Positions 10,021 through 21,679 of a stretch of DNA of 64,000 bases are shown here, piece by piece. Each line of letters begins with the position of its first letter. Position 1 is the stretch's first letter. This stretch comes from Eledone cirrhosa. Its lineage: Eukaryota. The stretch lies in contig OZ024744.1 of assembly GCA_964016885.1 (NCBI GenBank), forward strand, positions 103,788,001 to 103,852,000. Direction: 5' to 3'. The position numbers were made by a program, and so were the translations under genes. The notes under the pieces are model-generated. The model saw nothing but the letters and a program-made list of their open reading frames with translations, ran no database searches and was not told the origin of the DNA.

Positions 10021-12210
10021 TCATCATCATCATTTTAAGTCCACTTTTCCCTGCTCGCAAGTGTGGGACGGGTCCTATTCAGCACAGCATCTCTCCACTT
10101 GTCACGGTCCTTCGTCATCTCCTCAGTGAGCTTCAGCGATCTGAGGTCAGCTCTCACCAGCTCCGCCCATGTTTTTCGTGGTCTACCTCTACTACGTCTT
10201 CCCTCCACTGGGACTTCTTGGCACTTCTTTACCCATCGGTCATCCTCCATGTGCATCACATGTCCATACCGCCTCAGTCTTCTCTCCCGCACACTACAGC
10301 CTATCCCTCTTATACAGTTTCTCGCTCAACTCGTCTATGCTTGGTCGTTCATGCACATTGAGATTGCACATCCATTGGAGCATGCTTGCTTCATTTCTCT
10401 CCAGCCTTCACATATCCTCCACAGTTGCTGTCCATGTCTCACTATCATGCAGCATTGCGCATCTCACACAGGCATCATATAACCAACCCTTTGCTCGTAG
10501 GGAGAAACCCTTCATTGTCAACAGGGGAAGCAGCTCCCTAAACTTCTTCCAACCCGTCTTCTAGATACTATGGCCTCGGGACCCCCCCCCCCCCCCTCCC
10601 ATGCTAATCTGATCACCTAGGTTTCGAAAGCTATCAACCACTTCTATAGATTCCACCTGCATTTGAAAAATGTGTCTATCACTGCAACTTCTACTGTCTA
10701 ATTTCCCTGTACATCTACTGCATACGTAGTTCCTCCTATCTGTTAGTTTGTCTGCTATCCCACTACATCTCTTGTGTGCCCAGGATCTGCATTGTGTGCA
10801 TTTTATAGAATTTATACCAACTCCTTTCCTACATACCAAACATGGCCTTTTCCCTGATGGAATGGCTTGGAGGACTATAATGAATAAGAGCAGGCTGAGG
10901 ACCGAACCTTGATGTACTCCTAATTGTATCTGGAATTCATCACTAAACTCCATTCCTACCCTCACTTTACTGACAGCACCCCTGTACATAGTGTGCATTG
11001 TCCTCAGAAGTCATTCCTCAACACCTAGTTTCCTTAGGGACCACCAGATGACAGATCGGGTTACTCTATCAAAGGCCTTCTCTAGGTCAACAAAGGCTAA
11101 GTATAGTGGCTTATTCTTCTCTAAGAACCTCTCTTGTAATTGTCTTACCAAGAAGAGAGCATCTGTTGTACTTTTCCGAGGCACAAAACCAAACTGCATC
11201 TCATCTAGTTTGACCCTTTCTCTAATTAGTTGCGCTAATATTCTGCCACTTTCATAACCTGATCCATCAGCTTTATGACCCTATAATTGCTCCTCTCCAG
11301 AGCATCCCCTTTACCTTTGTAACAATTTATGAGAATACTGCTGCACCAGTCTTTGGGTATGACACCACCATATATAGCTTGATTAATGATGCGTGTAACT
11401 AGTTTAGTTCCTACTTCTCCTGATGCCTTCAGCATCTCAGCAACTATCCCTGATGATCCAGCGACCTTACCATTTTTCATTTCCTTAATTGGCTCTTGGA
11501 CTCTATAGTCGTCAATCTCAATAGCTGGTCCCTCTGTCAGGTCTACTGGGGTAATTTCTCTATGGCCCATTCGTTCTCCACATTCACCAGTCTCTCATAA
11601 TGACATTTCCAGGCCCCCTTTTTCTGATCATTAGTGACACTAAGTACACCAGCATCATTCCGGACACACTTATCTCCAACAACATCCTGATTTACACTGA
11701 CACACTGCTTTGCAATGCGGAACACCGCAAGTCTCTGATCTTCCCGTCGCAGAACATTGGCAAACCTTCTACTCTCAGCTTCCCTGCATGCTAAGTACAC
11801 CTGACGTCTAGCTTCTCTCTTAGCAGCTGTGTATCGGTCTCTCCTCCCACCATTTTTCCGAGCATTCCATGCTAGTCTTTTGTCTTTAATGGCTCTATCT
11901 ACTGTTCTGTTCCACCACCAGGTCACTCTCTGTCTGATTGGAGCTCTACAGTAGCTCTGCAGTAGCCTGCAGTAAGTTGTCACATAAGAAATTCCAGTTA
12001 TCATCTAAATCGTCTTCTTTTTCGTCATACACATCTTGAAGGGCTTTCCTAAATTTATATTTTAGTGAAAGGTCTTTTAGCTTCCAGACCTTCCTTTTCC
12101 ACACCTTCCTGTATGTCTCATTTTGTCTCTTGCTTATTGAGATGTCACTAACGACTAACCTATGCTGTGGGGTACATTCTTCCCCGGGGTATGCCTTAGT
12201 ATTTGACACC
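10021..12210 (-). mobile_element. RTE LINE copy 2 (5'-truncated, short-tail subfamily)
   Basis: Minus ORFs: GEECTPQHRLVV, VTWWWN, MQFGFVP, VDLEKAFDRV, GVHQGSVLS, RRLRRYGHVM, GRPRKTW. Tail ...GGACTTAAAATGATGATGA. Confidence 0.92.
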
Positions 12211-12271
12211 ATATATATATATATATGTTTGTGTGTGTGTGTATGTGTGTGTGCATATATGTATGTATATA

Positions 12272-13990
12272 CTAGCTTAATTACCCGGCGTTGCCCGGGT
12301 TACTTCTGTTCTTATTCAGATTAGTAAACAATAAATATGAAGATATGTTTTTTTTTCTCATAATTATTTTTAAATATCTATATTTTATTTTTTAAATATC
12401 AAAATTGTAATGATAATAAAATTTAGAAATGAAAATCTGTCAATCTTGAAGCACCTCAGGGTAAACAATATTCATTGTGTAATTTTTTGTTGGTGTCCAA
12501 ATGAATAAATTGTTGCTACACACTCACACACACATATACTCTCATATACATATACTAAGACAGACACACACAGACATACATTCACGCAGACACACACATA
12601 GCTTTTCACCTCAATGTTGGTCAGTTGCTACATATGTGTAGGTGTGTGTGTGTTAATCACATATACTCACACACACAAACTCACACGTACACTCACACAC
12701 ACATACACCCTCACATACATATACTAAGACAGACACACACAGACATACATTCATGCACAGCTATACTCTAGCATACACATACTAAGACAGACATACACAG
12801 ACATTCATTCACGCAAACCTATTACTTGTCAGTCACCACATATGTATATGTATGTGTAAATGTGTGTGTGTTTAATTGTCTGTGTGTAAAAATAATGTGT
12901 ATGCAACTTACTAACGCTATATGTATGTGTGTGTTCCTCCTCATATTTTTTATTATAACACTTCGTTGTAAACAATGTTCTTTGTTTTTCTGCATCGTGC
13001 AAATACTTCCCACTCGGGAACACCCAACGTACAATTGTCCGTGTGAGAAACATGTCTCTTCCAAGAGAAGTCCAGCCACAGACAGAGTCTGACCTTGGCA
13101 TTTGTTAATGGACATTGCAAAGTTGACACGAATTCGAAATTGCAGAGTCTGAATTAAAAGGGAATTTCTGCACCTGATGGAATGAGAGGGATCTTGGAAT
13201 GAAGACATCATCACCTTTTCCACATCCAGAAAGAATTGTTGCCTTGATAGCATGTGACATAATTTTCTTTACCACCAGTCGTGTCCCATTGAACAGTCTT
13301 GGCAGATCTAGAATCCTAAGCAGCATTACAGGAGTTCCAACTTTAAGTCCTAATATGTGGGGAGGTAGTCCGAGAGGCGCCAATGAATTGAGAAATTCTG
13401 GAGGATAGTTCACCACTTCATTGTGATCCGGGATTGTGTCAACAGACTTGTAAGTGTGAACATTTCCTGGAAGAGACAGCATTAACTGTTTGTTTAGTTT
13501 ATTAACAGCAATGTTTTTTGGAGCCTTTATTGCTCTTTCGCACAGCCAATTGTGATTTTGGTAATTTTCTATCAAGTTCGGAAACACTTGGTCTTTCAGT
13601 TCTTCCACAGAATTAACAATGGTACAAAATGGCCAGATCTCCATTTCTCCGGCAGCATCGAGAGGCACTTTGCCATCGCCAAGTGTCAAAATGTCCTGTG
13701 CAAACCTGGCGAACATGAGGTCATCGTGTAGTTGGGCTCTCATGAGGTAAAAGTCAGGGTCATAATGTGTCACCACAATGGATAGGATTTACGGCACGCC
13801 TGGACTGCATCTGTCCTGGTACCTTTGGGAATGACAGGAAGAGTCTGTCTGAAATCACCAGACAACAGAAGCGTTGCAGCTCCCATTGGAGCATGACAAC
13901 GTCTGATATCTTTAAGGGTTCTATCTACTACTTCTAGAGCTCCTTTGGGGCCATGGTGCACTCATCCCACAAAATGAGATGACACCGTTT
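12272..13990 (-). mobile_element. Helitron remnant: Pif1-type helicase C-terminal part plus intact 3' terminus
   Basis: SGDFRQTLPVI, LKVGTPVMLLR, NGTRLVV, FAMSINKCQGQTL, FSHGQLYVGCSRV. The minus-strand end ACCCGGGCAACGCCGGGTAATTAAGCTAG|T is a hairpin plus CTAG. Confidence 0.93.
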
Positions 13991-14404
13991 ATATGACACG
14001 ATATACATGACCCAACTTGAGTGCCTATGCTTATGACTTTAGTTAAGTCTGCAGCAAAGGACAAACTGCTAGAAATTTTGATAGTCTCTTTGTGTGTGAA
14101 ATTTCTTTACAAATGAATTCAAACAATCAAAGCTGAAAAGTAAAATATTGAAATCCAACTCAGAAAAGGTGAACATTAAAGTTGATAATGCTGAAATAAT
14201 ATCTAGTTGGATAAAAGACACTGTTTTGTTGTGTAATAGACTTACTAAAGGACTCTACATATATTATACAACACTTATTCAGAGTATTTATATATAAAAT
14301 AACACCAACTGGATTCTGCATAACACAAGAAATAGGAACATTGTTTTACATAGCAGTTCAATATGTGAATACTCCCTGCCGCTGTACTTGTGGCCTTACC
14401 TGCA

Positions 14405-14560
14405 GGCAGCAACAAGGGCAGTATGTAACCAGAAAATTTGGGGAAAAGGCAAAGAGTAGATTAAATGAACTCCAATACATGACTGGTACTTTACTTTATC
14501 GATCATGGAAGGGTGAAAGGCAAAGTTGACCATGGCCAGATTTAAACTCAGAATGTAAAG
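14405..14560 (-). mobile_element. tRNA-derived CORE-type SINE fragment
   Basis: Reverse complement TTCTGAGTTTAAATCTGGCCATGGTCAACTTTGCCTTTCACCCTTCC...AAAGTACCAGTC. Same family at 34985 and 61664. Confidence 0.75.
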
Positions 14561-14715
14561 AGCAAGAATAAATGTTGTAACAGCCATTTATCTGATGTTC
14601 TACCGATTCTTCCAATCCACCACAGTCTGACTCTATTGAAATGTTTCCCAGAATCAAGAATAAAAGCAATATTTCCAAATGTCCTCTACTTGGCAGTGCT
14701 ATAGCAGGTATGTAC

Positions 14716-14863
14716 CTGCTCAGAATAAACTCTATAGGTATCGTATGTTGAAGCGGCCAGCAACCAAACATGTTTGATATATGTGTAGGATGACATAAAT
14801 CATCCAACATACACTTGTTCAATGTCCATGCATATTGCTGATCTTTGGATTTATATGGAAGAG
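14716..14863 (-). CDS. Candidate internal coding exon of an unidentified host gene
   Basis: Polypyrimidine tract plus CAG acceptor (14864-14910), donor CAG|GTACAT. Only one open frame: LPYKSKDQQYAWTLNKCMLDDLCHPTHISNMFGCWPLQHTIPIEFILS. No recognisable repeat homology. Confidence 0.35.
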
Positions 14864-15629
14864 CTGATACCAAGTACGAAATAAATGAATAAAAAAAGAA
14901 AGAAAGAAAGAATAAAGGAATTATTATGAGGTAGGAGAGAAATAGTGCTATCAGATGAGTCTATTGGGAAGATTGAACCCCATCTTCCTATGCCAAGGAA
15001 AAGTGAGGTGAGGTGTTTTTCTGTGTTGTTGTAGTGAAAGAAGTTGGGCGGTGGACATGGTTAGAATGTTTGAGAAAAAAATGCAGTTATGGAATGTGCA
15101 TGTGTATGACCTGACTAAAGTGTAAATGTGAAAACCTGATGTGAGTATACATGTGCAAGGCCCAGTACAAGGTGCATAACATGACACAAGGTATACAACC
15201 CTACTTGGGGCACATGACTTGACAAGAGGGTCACATCTCAATTGTGCAACAGAAATCAGAATACTAAAATCTCAAAGATAGATTTAGCACATCAAAATCA
15301 CTAATATATTCCTAGAGAGCTGAGGGCCCACCAAACTTATTCACCTTGAAGAGAACAAGAAGACACAACAAATGGCTAAAGAGCAGTAGTTGTGACTGAG
15401 ACCCCTGACCCTCAACCATGGGAATGGATTTATTCATTCATTTCTAAAGAGAAAAAAATTCAATTACTAATTAATTTGTATATTAAAGTTGCAGACCTGA
15501 TGTGATTATACATGTGCATGACTGATTTGAATGATTTACAAGAAAAAAGCAGCCAGATCACCCTTAAATCATAAAGAAAGGTGCACTGGATAATCTAACA
15601 CAGTGTACATAATGCCTGGAAAAAGATAG

Positions 15630-16190
15630 AATGATCTTATCTGGAATGATCATGGGTGGAATGATCGTAGCTGGAATTATCACAGTTGGAATGATCATGG
15701 GTGGAATGATCGTAGCTGGAATTATCACAGTTGGAATGATCATGGGTGGAATGATCGTAGCTGGAATTATCACAGTTGGAATGATCATGGGTGGAATGAT
15801 CGTAGCTGGAATTATCACAGTTGGAATGATCATGGGTGGAATGATCGTGGGTGGAATGTTCACAGTTGGAATTATCACAACTGGAATTATCATAGCTGGA
15901 ATGATCACAGCGGGAATGGTCACAGCTGGAATGGTCACAGCTGGAATGATCGTGGGTGGAATGATCACAGTTGGAACGATTGCATCTGGAATGATCACAA
16001 CTGGGATGATCATAGATGGAATGATCACAGTTGGAATGATCATAGCTGGAGTTATCAGAGCTGGAACGATCACAGCTGGAATGATCATGGGTGGAATTGT
16101 CATAACTGGAATGATCACAGCTGGAATGATCGTAGCTGGAATGATCACATATTTAATGTTCTCAGGTGGAATGATCGTAGCTGGAATGAT
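15630..16190. repeat. 15-bp minisatellite (GGAATGATCACAGCT variants) with a 60-bp higher-order unit
   Basis: About 36 units in phase. Identical 60-bp blocks repeat on consecutive lines 15661-15840. Confidence 0.92.
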
Positions 16191-17090
16191 ATGCAAGAGA
16201 TGCAGTGAGGTTAGCAACAGACATACCAGTATGGAGGAATTCCAAAGAGTTTTCACCAAATACGACTACCCTACTTCTTTCACCAAACACCGAAATGCCA
16301 AGGCAGAAACATGTAAAAGAACAAGGAGGACACATGTCCCTAAGGATAACATATGCTACCTAAAGCTGCCATATTTCAATGAGAAGAAGGCAGCTGCCAT
16401 CAGACAAGCCATCTGTAAGGAATGACTGAAGATGCAGTCATATACTGTATATATGAACATATATGAATATAAGGCTGGAACACTCGAGACTCTCATTGAA
16501 GAAACTGCTCCACAAACACCAAGCCACATACAACAATATATGCACACTTCCTAATTATCCCATCAACAACACAGAAGTATGCATGAGAGTGGATGTGCTT
16601 CATAAGATCATGTGTAAAAAATGCAGCTCGTCATACATCAGAAGTACCATAAGGAGGCTACAAATAGGGATGAAGGAACATATAACAATGAGAGCCCCTT
16701 CTGTTAAAAAAACATCTTAACAGATGTCACAGCTAAGACATTGAGTTCACCATAGAAGTGACTGAAAGGAATAAAGGCAATTTAAGGGGGCCATATAGTA
16801 ATCATTCTGCACGAGGCAGAATGATTACTATAGTGACCCCACACATAGTTAGGGAAGAAAATTCTAAATACTCAATATGTTTTGTCTTGAACTGTTTCAG
16901 CTTCACATCTGAAAAGAGGGTATTAGCCCTGAAATATCATGTTAAAATACACTGGGTAAAACATTACTTTGTTTTGTTTTGTTTCATTTGACATCATTTG
17001 CCATTTGTATTTTTCTACCACATTGTACTGGCTTTTTTAAAAATCATCTGTCTTTTACTACATATCTCACAATACTTTATATCAACTGCA
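16190..17090 (+). mobile_element. Penelope-like element 3' remnant (RT thumb, GIY-YIG endonuclease, 3' region)
   Basis: FTKYDYP, YLKLPY, C...VDVLHKIMCKKCSSSYIRSTIRRLQIGMKEH matches a decayed VVY-I-C-C-YIG-T-R-L-R-KEH pattern. Confidence 0.8.
16905..16942 (+). ncRNA. Decayed minimal type I hammerhead ribozyme motif (PLE-associated)
   Basis: ACAT-CTGAAAA-G-AGGG tattag CCCT-GAAA-TATC-ATGT: stem I, CUGANGA with one mismatch, stem II, GAAA, NUH, stem I'. Confidence 0.5.
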
Positions 17091-17094
17091 CTAC

Positions 17095-17098
17095 CATA

Positions 17099-17154
<56 letters not shown>

Positions 17155-17164
17155 CATATATATA
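17095..17164. repeat. (TA)n microsatellite
   Basis: Direct reading. Confidence 0.95.
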
Positions 17165-17519
17165 GGGTGGAGTAGTTAATACATATAGATATACAGTTAT
17201 ATATGGGGCAGATGTGGACTCCGTAAACAGTAGTGAAGGCAACTCGTCTATGAGTACAGTGGCTCCAATAAATAATGACTGCATGTGGCAGATGAATGGC
17301 TCCATAAGTTGAAGTGAAGGCAACCCATCTAGGAGAGTAGACACTCCAAATGAAAAGTAATACAGGGTGGAGAAGACGCTTGAGTCGAGTAAGACAACCT
17401 CTCAAGTGCTGGTGGCACGAACAATGCGCTCAGTCCATGCTGCAAAATGGTTATTGATAGGAAGGGCATCAGACTAGAAAATCCCTATCAAAATATTAAA
17501 AGCACAAATATGATTTTCA

Positions 17520-20235
17520 CTAATTGTGTATAGGGCTAATACTAGTCATGTTAGTGCTGACCACAATAGTGGGGTGGCTAGAGTAGCCATGTGTGAAAAC
17601 CCCTCGACTGCCATCAAGCAATCACACAATCACTTTCCCTTCCAGGTACATAGAACCACTACCAAAGGAAATAACAACTGTCAAGGTACAAACCTCAGAA
17701 CTACCACTCTCAATGATGGCACCCTGAAAGGTAGATGAGGTGAAATTGTGGAACTGTGAGAGAGAATAGAAGTAGATGTATGTTGTGTACAAGAGGGGAA
17801 ATGGAGGGGTGCCACAGTAAGACTAATCACAGGAAAACAACACAGATATAAACTCTACTGGGTAGAAAATGACAATGGGGTAGGAGGTGTAGGTATCTTA
17901 CTAACTGAGAAATAGATAGAATGATAGAAGTAGTTAGAGTAAATGACAGAGTCATCAAGCTTAGAATATCTGTAGGAAATAGAATGGTGACAATTACATC
18001 TACCTATGCCCCACAGGTAGGACTGAGTAAAGAACAAAAGAACAGGTTCTATGAGGAACTTTTATAGACAACCTCAGTTACCTCATCATCTTGGCAGGTG
18101 ACTTCAATGGACATGTGGGGCAGTACCAGGGTAGATTCAATGGAGGTCACAGTGGCTATGGTTATGGTTCAAGAAAGGAAGAAGGATGAGGCTCCTGGAA
18201 GTCTGTGACACAAATGAACTAACCTTTTGCTACACAAATTTCAGGAAACCAGCCAGCCAGCCACCTTATTTCATATCAATCAGGTGAACACACAAGCCAA
18301 ATTGATTGATTACTTGTAAGACAATGAGATAGAGGGACTGTAATAAATACTAAGGCCTTCTCTGGGGAAGAATGTACCTCCCAGCACAAGTTATTAGTGA
18401 CATTAGAATAAACACAAGACAAAACAATATATGCAGGAAAATATGAAGATAGAGGGTTTGAAGCTAAAGCACCTTTCAGTTAAATATAAGTTTAGAAAGG
18501 CCCTATGGGATGCTGTAGATGAGAGGGGAGACAAGCTAGATACTTATGATGTAGAGGACAATTAGAAATTCTTACATGACAACCTTTTGCAAACTACTGA
18601 CGAGACTTGTAGCTGGAGTAAAGCACCAGCCAGAGGGTGACACCTGGTGGTGGAACAGCACAGTAGATAGAGCCATTAAAGCTAAGAGACAGGCATGGAA
18701 AGACTGGAAAAATGGGAGTAGCAGAGGCCAGTACCAGGTAGCTAAGAAAGAAGCTAGGTGACAGGTATACACAGCTTGGATAGAGGCTAAAAAAGAAAGT
18801 TTGCCAATGTCTTCAGAGACATGAAATTTTCCACATTGTAAACCAGTATATCAGTGAAAATCAAGATGCTGTATGGGAAGGATGTAAAAATTACGTTGAT
18901 GCATTTAGCATCACTGTTGCTCAAAAGAAAGAGGCCTGGAAATGTTATTATGAGAGATTGATGAATGTAGAGAATGAATGAGAGAGAGACTACCCTAAGC
19001 TTACCCAACAGAAGGACCAGCTATTGAAGGGTCAAAGAAGCAATCAGAGAGATGAAGGATGGTAAATCTGCAGGATCATCAGAGATAGTTGCTGAGATGC
19101 TAAAAGCATCGAGAGAAGTAGGAGTCAAACTAGTAACCCATATAGTCAATCAGGTAATACAGGATGGTGTCATACCCAATGACTGGTGCAGCAGTACAAT
19201 CATAAATTGCTACAAGGGCAATGTTGATGCTCCAGAAAGGAGCAACCAAGGGTAATAAAACTGAAACTAACAGAAAGAGTTATGGAGCAACTAATTAGGG
19301 AAAGATGCAAAATAGATGAGATGCAGTTTGGTTTCATGCCTAGGAAAAGTGCTACAGATGCACAAGAGAAGTTCCTAGCCAAGGATAAGCTGTTATATTT
19401 AGCTTTTGTTGATCTAGAAAAGGCCTTTGACAGAATACCTTGATCTGGTGGTCGTTAAATAAATTAGGTGTAGAAGAATGGCTTGTGAAAGCAGTGCAAG
19501 CTATATACAGGGGAGCTATCAATAAAGTGAGAGTAGGAAGTGAGGAATTCCAGGTACAGGTAAGAGTGCATCAAAGTTCAGTTCTTAGCTCACAGTTGTT
19601 CATCATAGTCCTCCAGGCCATAACACAGGAGTTTAAAGTTAGTTGTCAATAGAAACTTTTCTATGCAGATGATTTGGTCCTTATAAATGAATCCATAAAA
19701 GAACTAGAAAATAAGTTCTGACTATGGAAACGCAATCTGGAATCAAAGGGTCTGAAAGTAAACTTGGCCAAAACTAAAATAGTTGTGAGTATGAAAGAAG
19801 ATAAGATACTGATCCCCTCAGGAAAGTGGCCCTGCTCAATATGTAGAAAATGAGTAGGCATAAACTCCATAAAATGTACACAATGTAAATCTTGGGTACA
19901 CAAGAGTTGTAGTGGGATAATGAGGAGACTAACAGGAAGGAAGACTTTGTTTGTAGAAGATGCAAAGGAGAAATGAAAGAAAAGAGCAGCAGTGATATAA
20001 ATCTCTTTAAGTCACAGGAAGGGCCCATAGAAGTGGTTGATAGCTTCTGCTATCTAGATGACTTAATTTGCAGTGGAGGGGAGTGCTCTAAGAGCATAAT
20101 AGCTAGAATAAGGATAGGATGTGAAGTGTGATGCTACATGGAAGTGAAACATGGGCTGTGACCATAGAAGACATGTGTAGACTGGAGAGAAATAAAACAG
20201 CCATGCTTCATTAGACATGCAACATGAATGTGACT
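17520..20235 (+). mobile_element. RTE LINE copy 3 (APE endonuclease + RT), heavily decayed
   Basis: TTLNDGTLKGR, DVCCVQE, YAPQVG, LAGDFNGHVG, TWWWN, MQFGFMP, VDLEKAFD, YADDL, Cys finger. Confidence 0.9.
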
Positions 20236-20348
20236 ACTAAAAATAGCCCAGAACCATTCAACATAGTAGAACTCTACTAAAGAACAGGAGCTCAAGATAT
20301 TAAAATTAAAACATTGAGTTAAAAACTCCCACTATTCCCTTAGAGTCA

Positions 20349-20379
<31 letters not shown>

Positions 20380-20652
20380 AAGGAAAGGAATGTTTCTCTT
20401 TGTTGAATAAATAAATGAACAATCAAATCTGACGATCATTTTATTAAATGCGATAATTTAATAAATTTCCTACAACGTCAATATTTTGAGGAGCGAATCT
20501 TTCCACGTCTGTTCATGTCCGCGGTCCAAAGAGAGTCCGTTAACCTGTGTCTGTGACCGGATGTATATTGCCTCCACTCTCTGAAGAGTTGTTAAGGGGA
20601 GGCAACTGCTAGTTGCCAAGCGACCATCTCAGCCACTACATATATATATATA

Positions 20653-20951
20653 TACGGAAAAACTTAAATATAAGTATGTATACGTACATATATATGTATA
20701 CAGACGTACAGTAGTATGTATATATATATACATACATGCACACATATTTATATATGTACGTATGGATTCACCGAACATTTATTATAATGCTCGGTGTGTT
20801 TACAAACACCGAGCATTATAATAAATGTTCGGTGAATCCATACGTACATATATATATGTGTGCATGTATGTATATATATATACATACTACTGTACGTCTG
20901 TATACATATATGTATGTACGTATACACACTTATATTTAAGTAACAGCCGTA
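20653..20951. repeat. Near-perfect ~300-bp palindrome (fold-back / MITE-like)
   Basis: Arms of ~138 bp (ACTTAAATATAAG...CATTTATTATAATGCTCGGTGT and its reverse complement) around a centre at ~20801. Confidence 0.9.
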
Positions 20952-21351
20952 CTAAGAGTGAGAAATGAAATTTCGTTTCATTTTTTCCGTTTATCGTTTT
21001 CGGTACCCCGGCCGATTAACTCAGTCGATATGCAAAATAGGCTGCTCAGCCGTTAATATGCATAAGGAAAGTATTTACTTTCAGACGTTCAATCATCTGG
21101 CAGGAAGGTATACATTGCTGATGATAGCTAAGAAGCTTGAAACTAGTACAGCGTTCCTTTGTCAGGGTTGAACAAATGAGCAACGATGGTTGCTAGACAC
21201 TGTACGGCTTAATTCGGGATGTTTCAGAGCCCCAATCCTAACACCTAATTTTTGCTGAACCGGCAATTACTCTGTATAATCAGCTCCTGATTATTACTGG
21301 AATTCTATAAGAATCCAGCTTCTATAATTTTCGGCAGAAGCAGGGGAGTGC

Positions 21352-21421
21352 ATGGCTCTGATGAACACGAACCAGCGTGAAACAGACTGCCAGCTTCTCT
21401 TCCATCTTTCGCCGAAAAGAA
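21352..21421 (+). CDS. Candidate first coding exon (MALMNTNQRETDCQLLFHLSPKR) in a CpG-retaining unique island
   Basis: ATG-open frame ends at consensus donor GAA|GTAAGT (21422). Surrounding 20950-21430 is non-repetitive. Confidence 0.25.
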
Positions 21422-21519
21422 GTAAGTGACATAGTCACTACTTTAAAACTGATAGCGTATGGTCTTCTAAATGTTTTTAATTAAACATACGGTATATTGC
21501 CAAATATACTATACATACA

Positions 21520-21550
<31 letters not shown>

Positions 21551-21679
21551 CATGATAATGATATATATATATATTTGCGTGTATATACATATAACATACA
21601 TATACATATACATATATTATCATATATATATACTGACATCATGTATATATACACACATCATATATATACACATATATAT

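Noticed and set aside
15564-16259. 231-aa ORF with signal-peptide-like start and IIPA repeats
   Set aside because: The N-terminus is antisense Penelope sequence and the body is the 15-bp minisatellite.
20425-20470. CTGACGA followed by a stem (hammerhead-like); similar case at 62050-62085
   Set aside because: GAAA core is replaced by GATA and stems I/III do not close.
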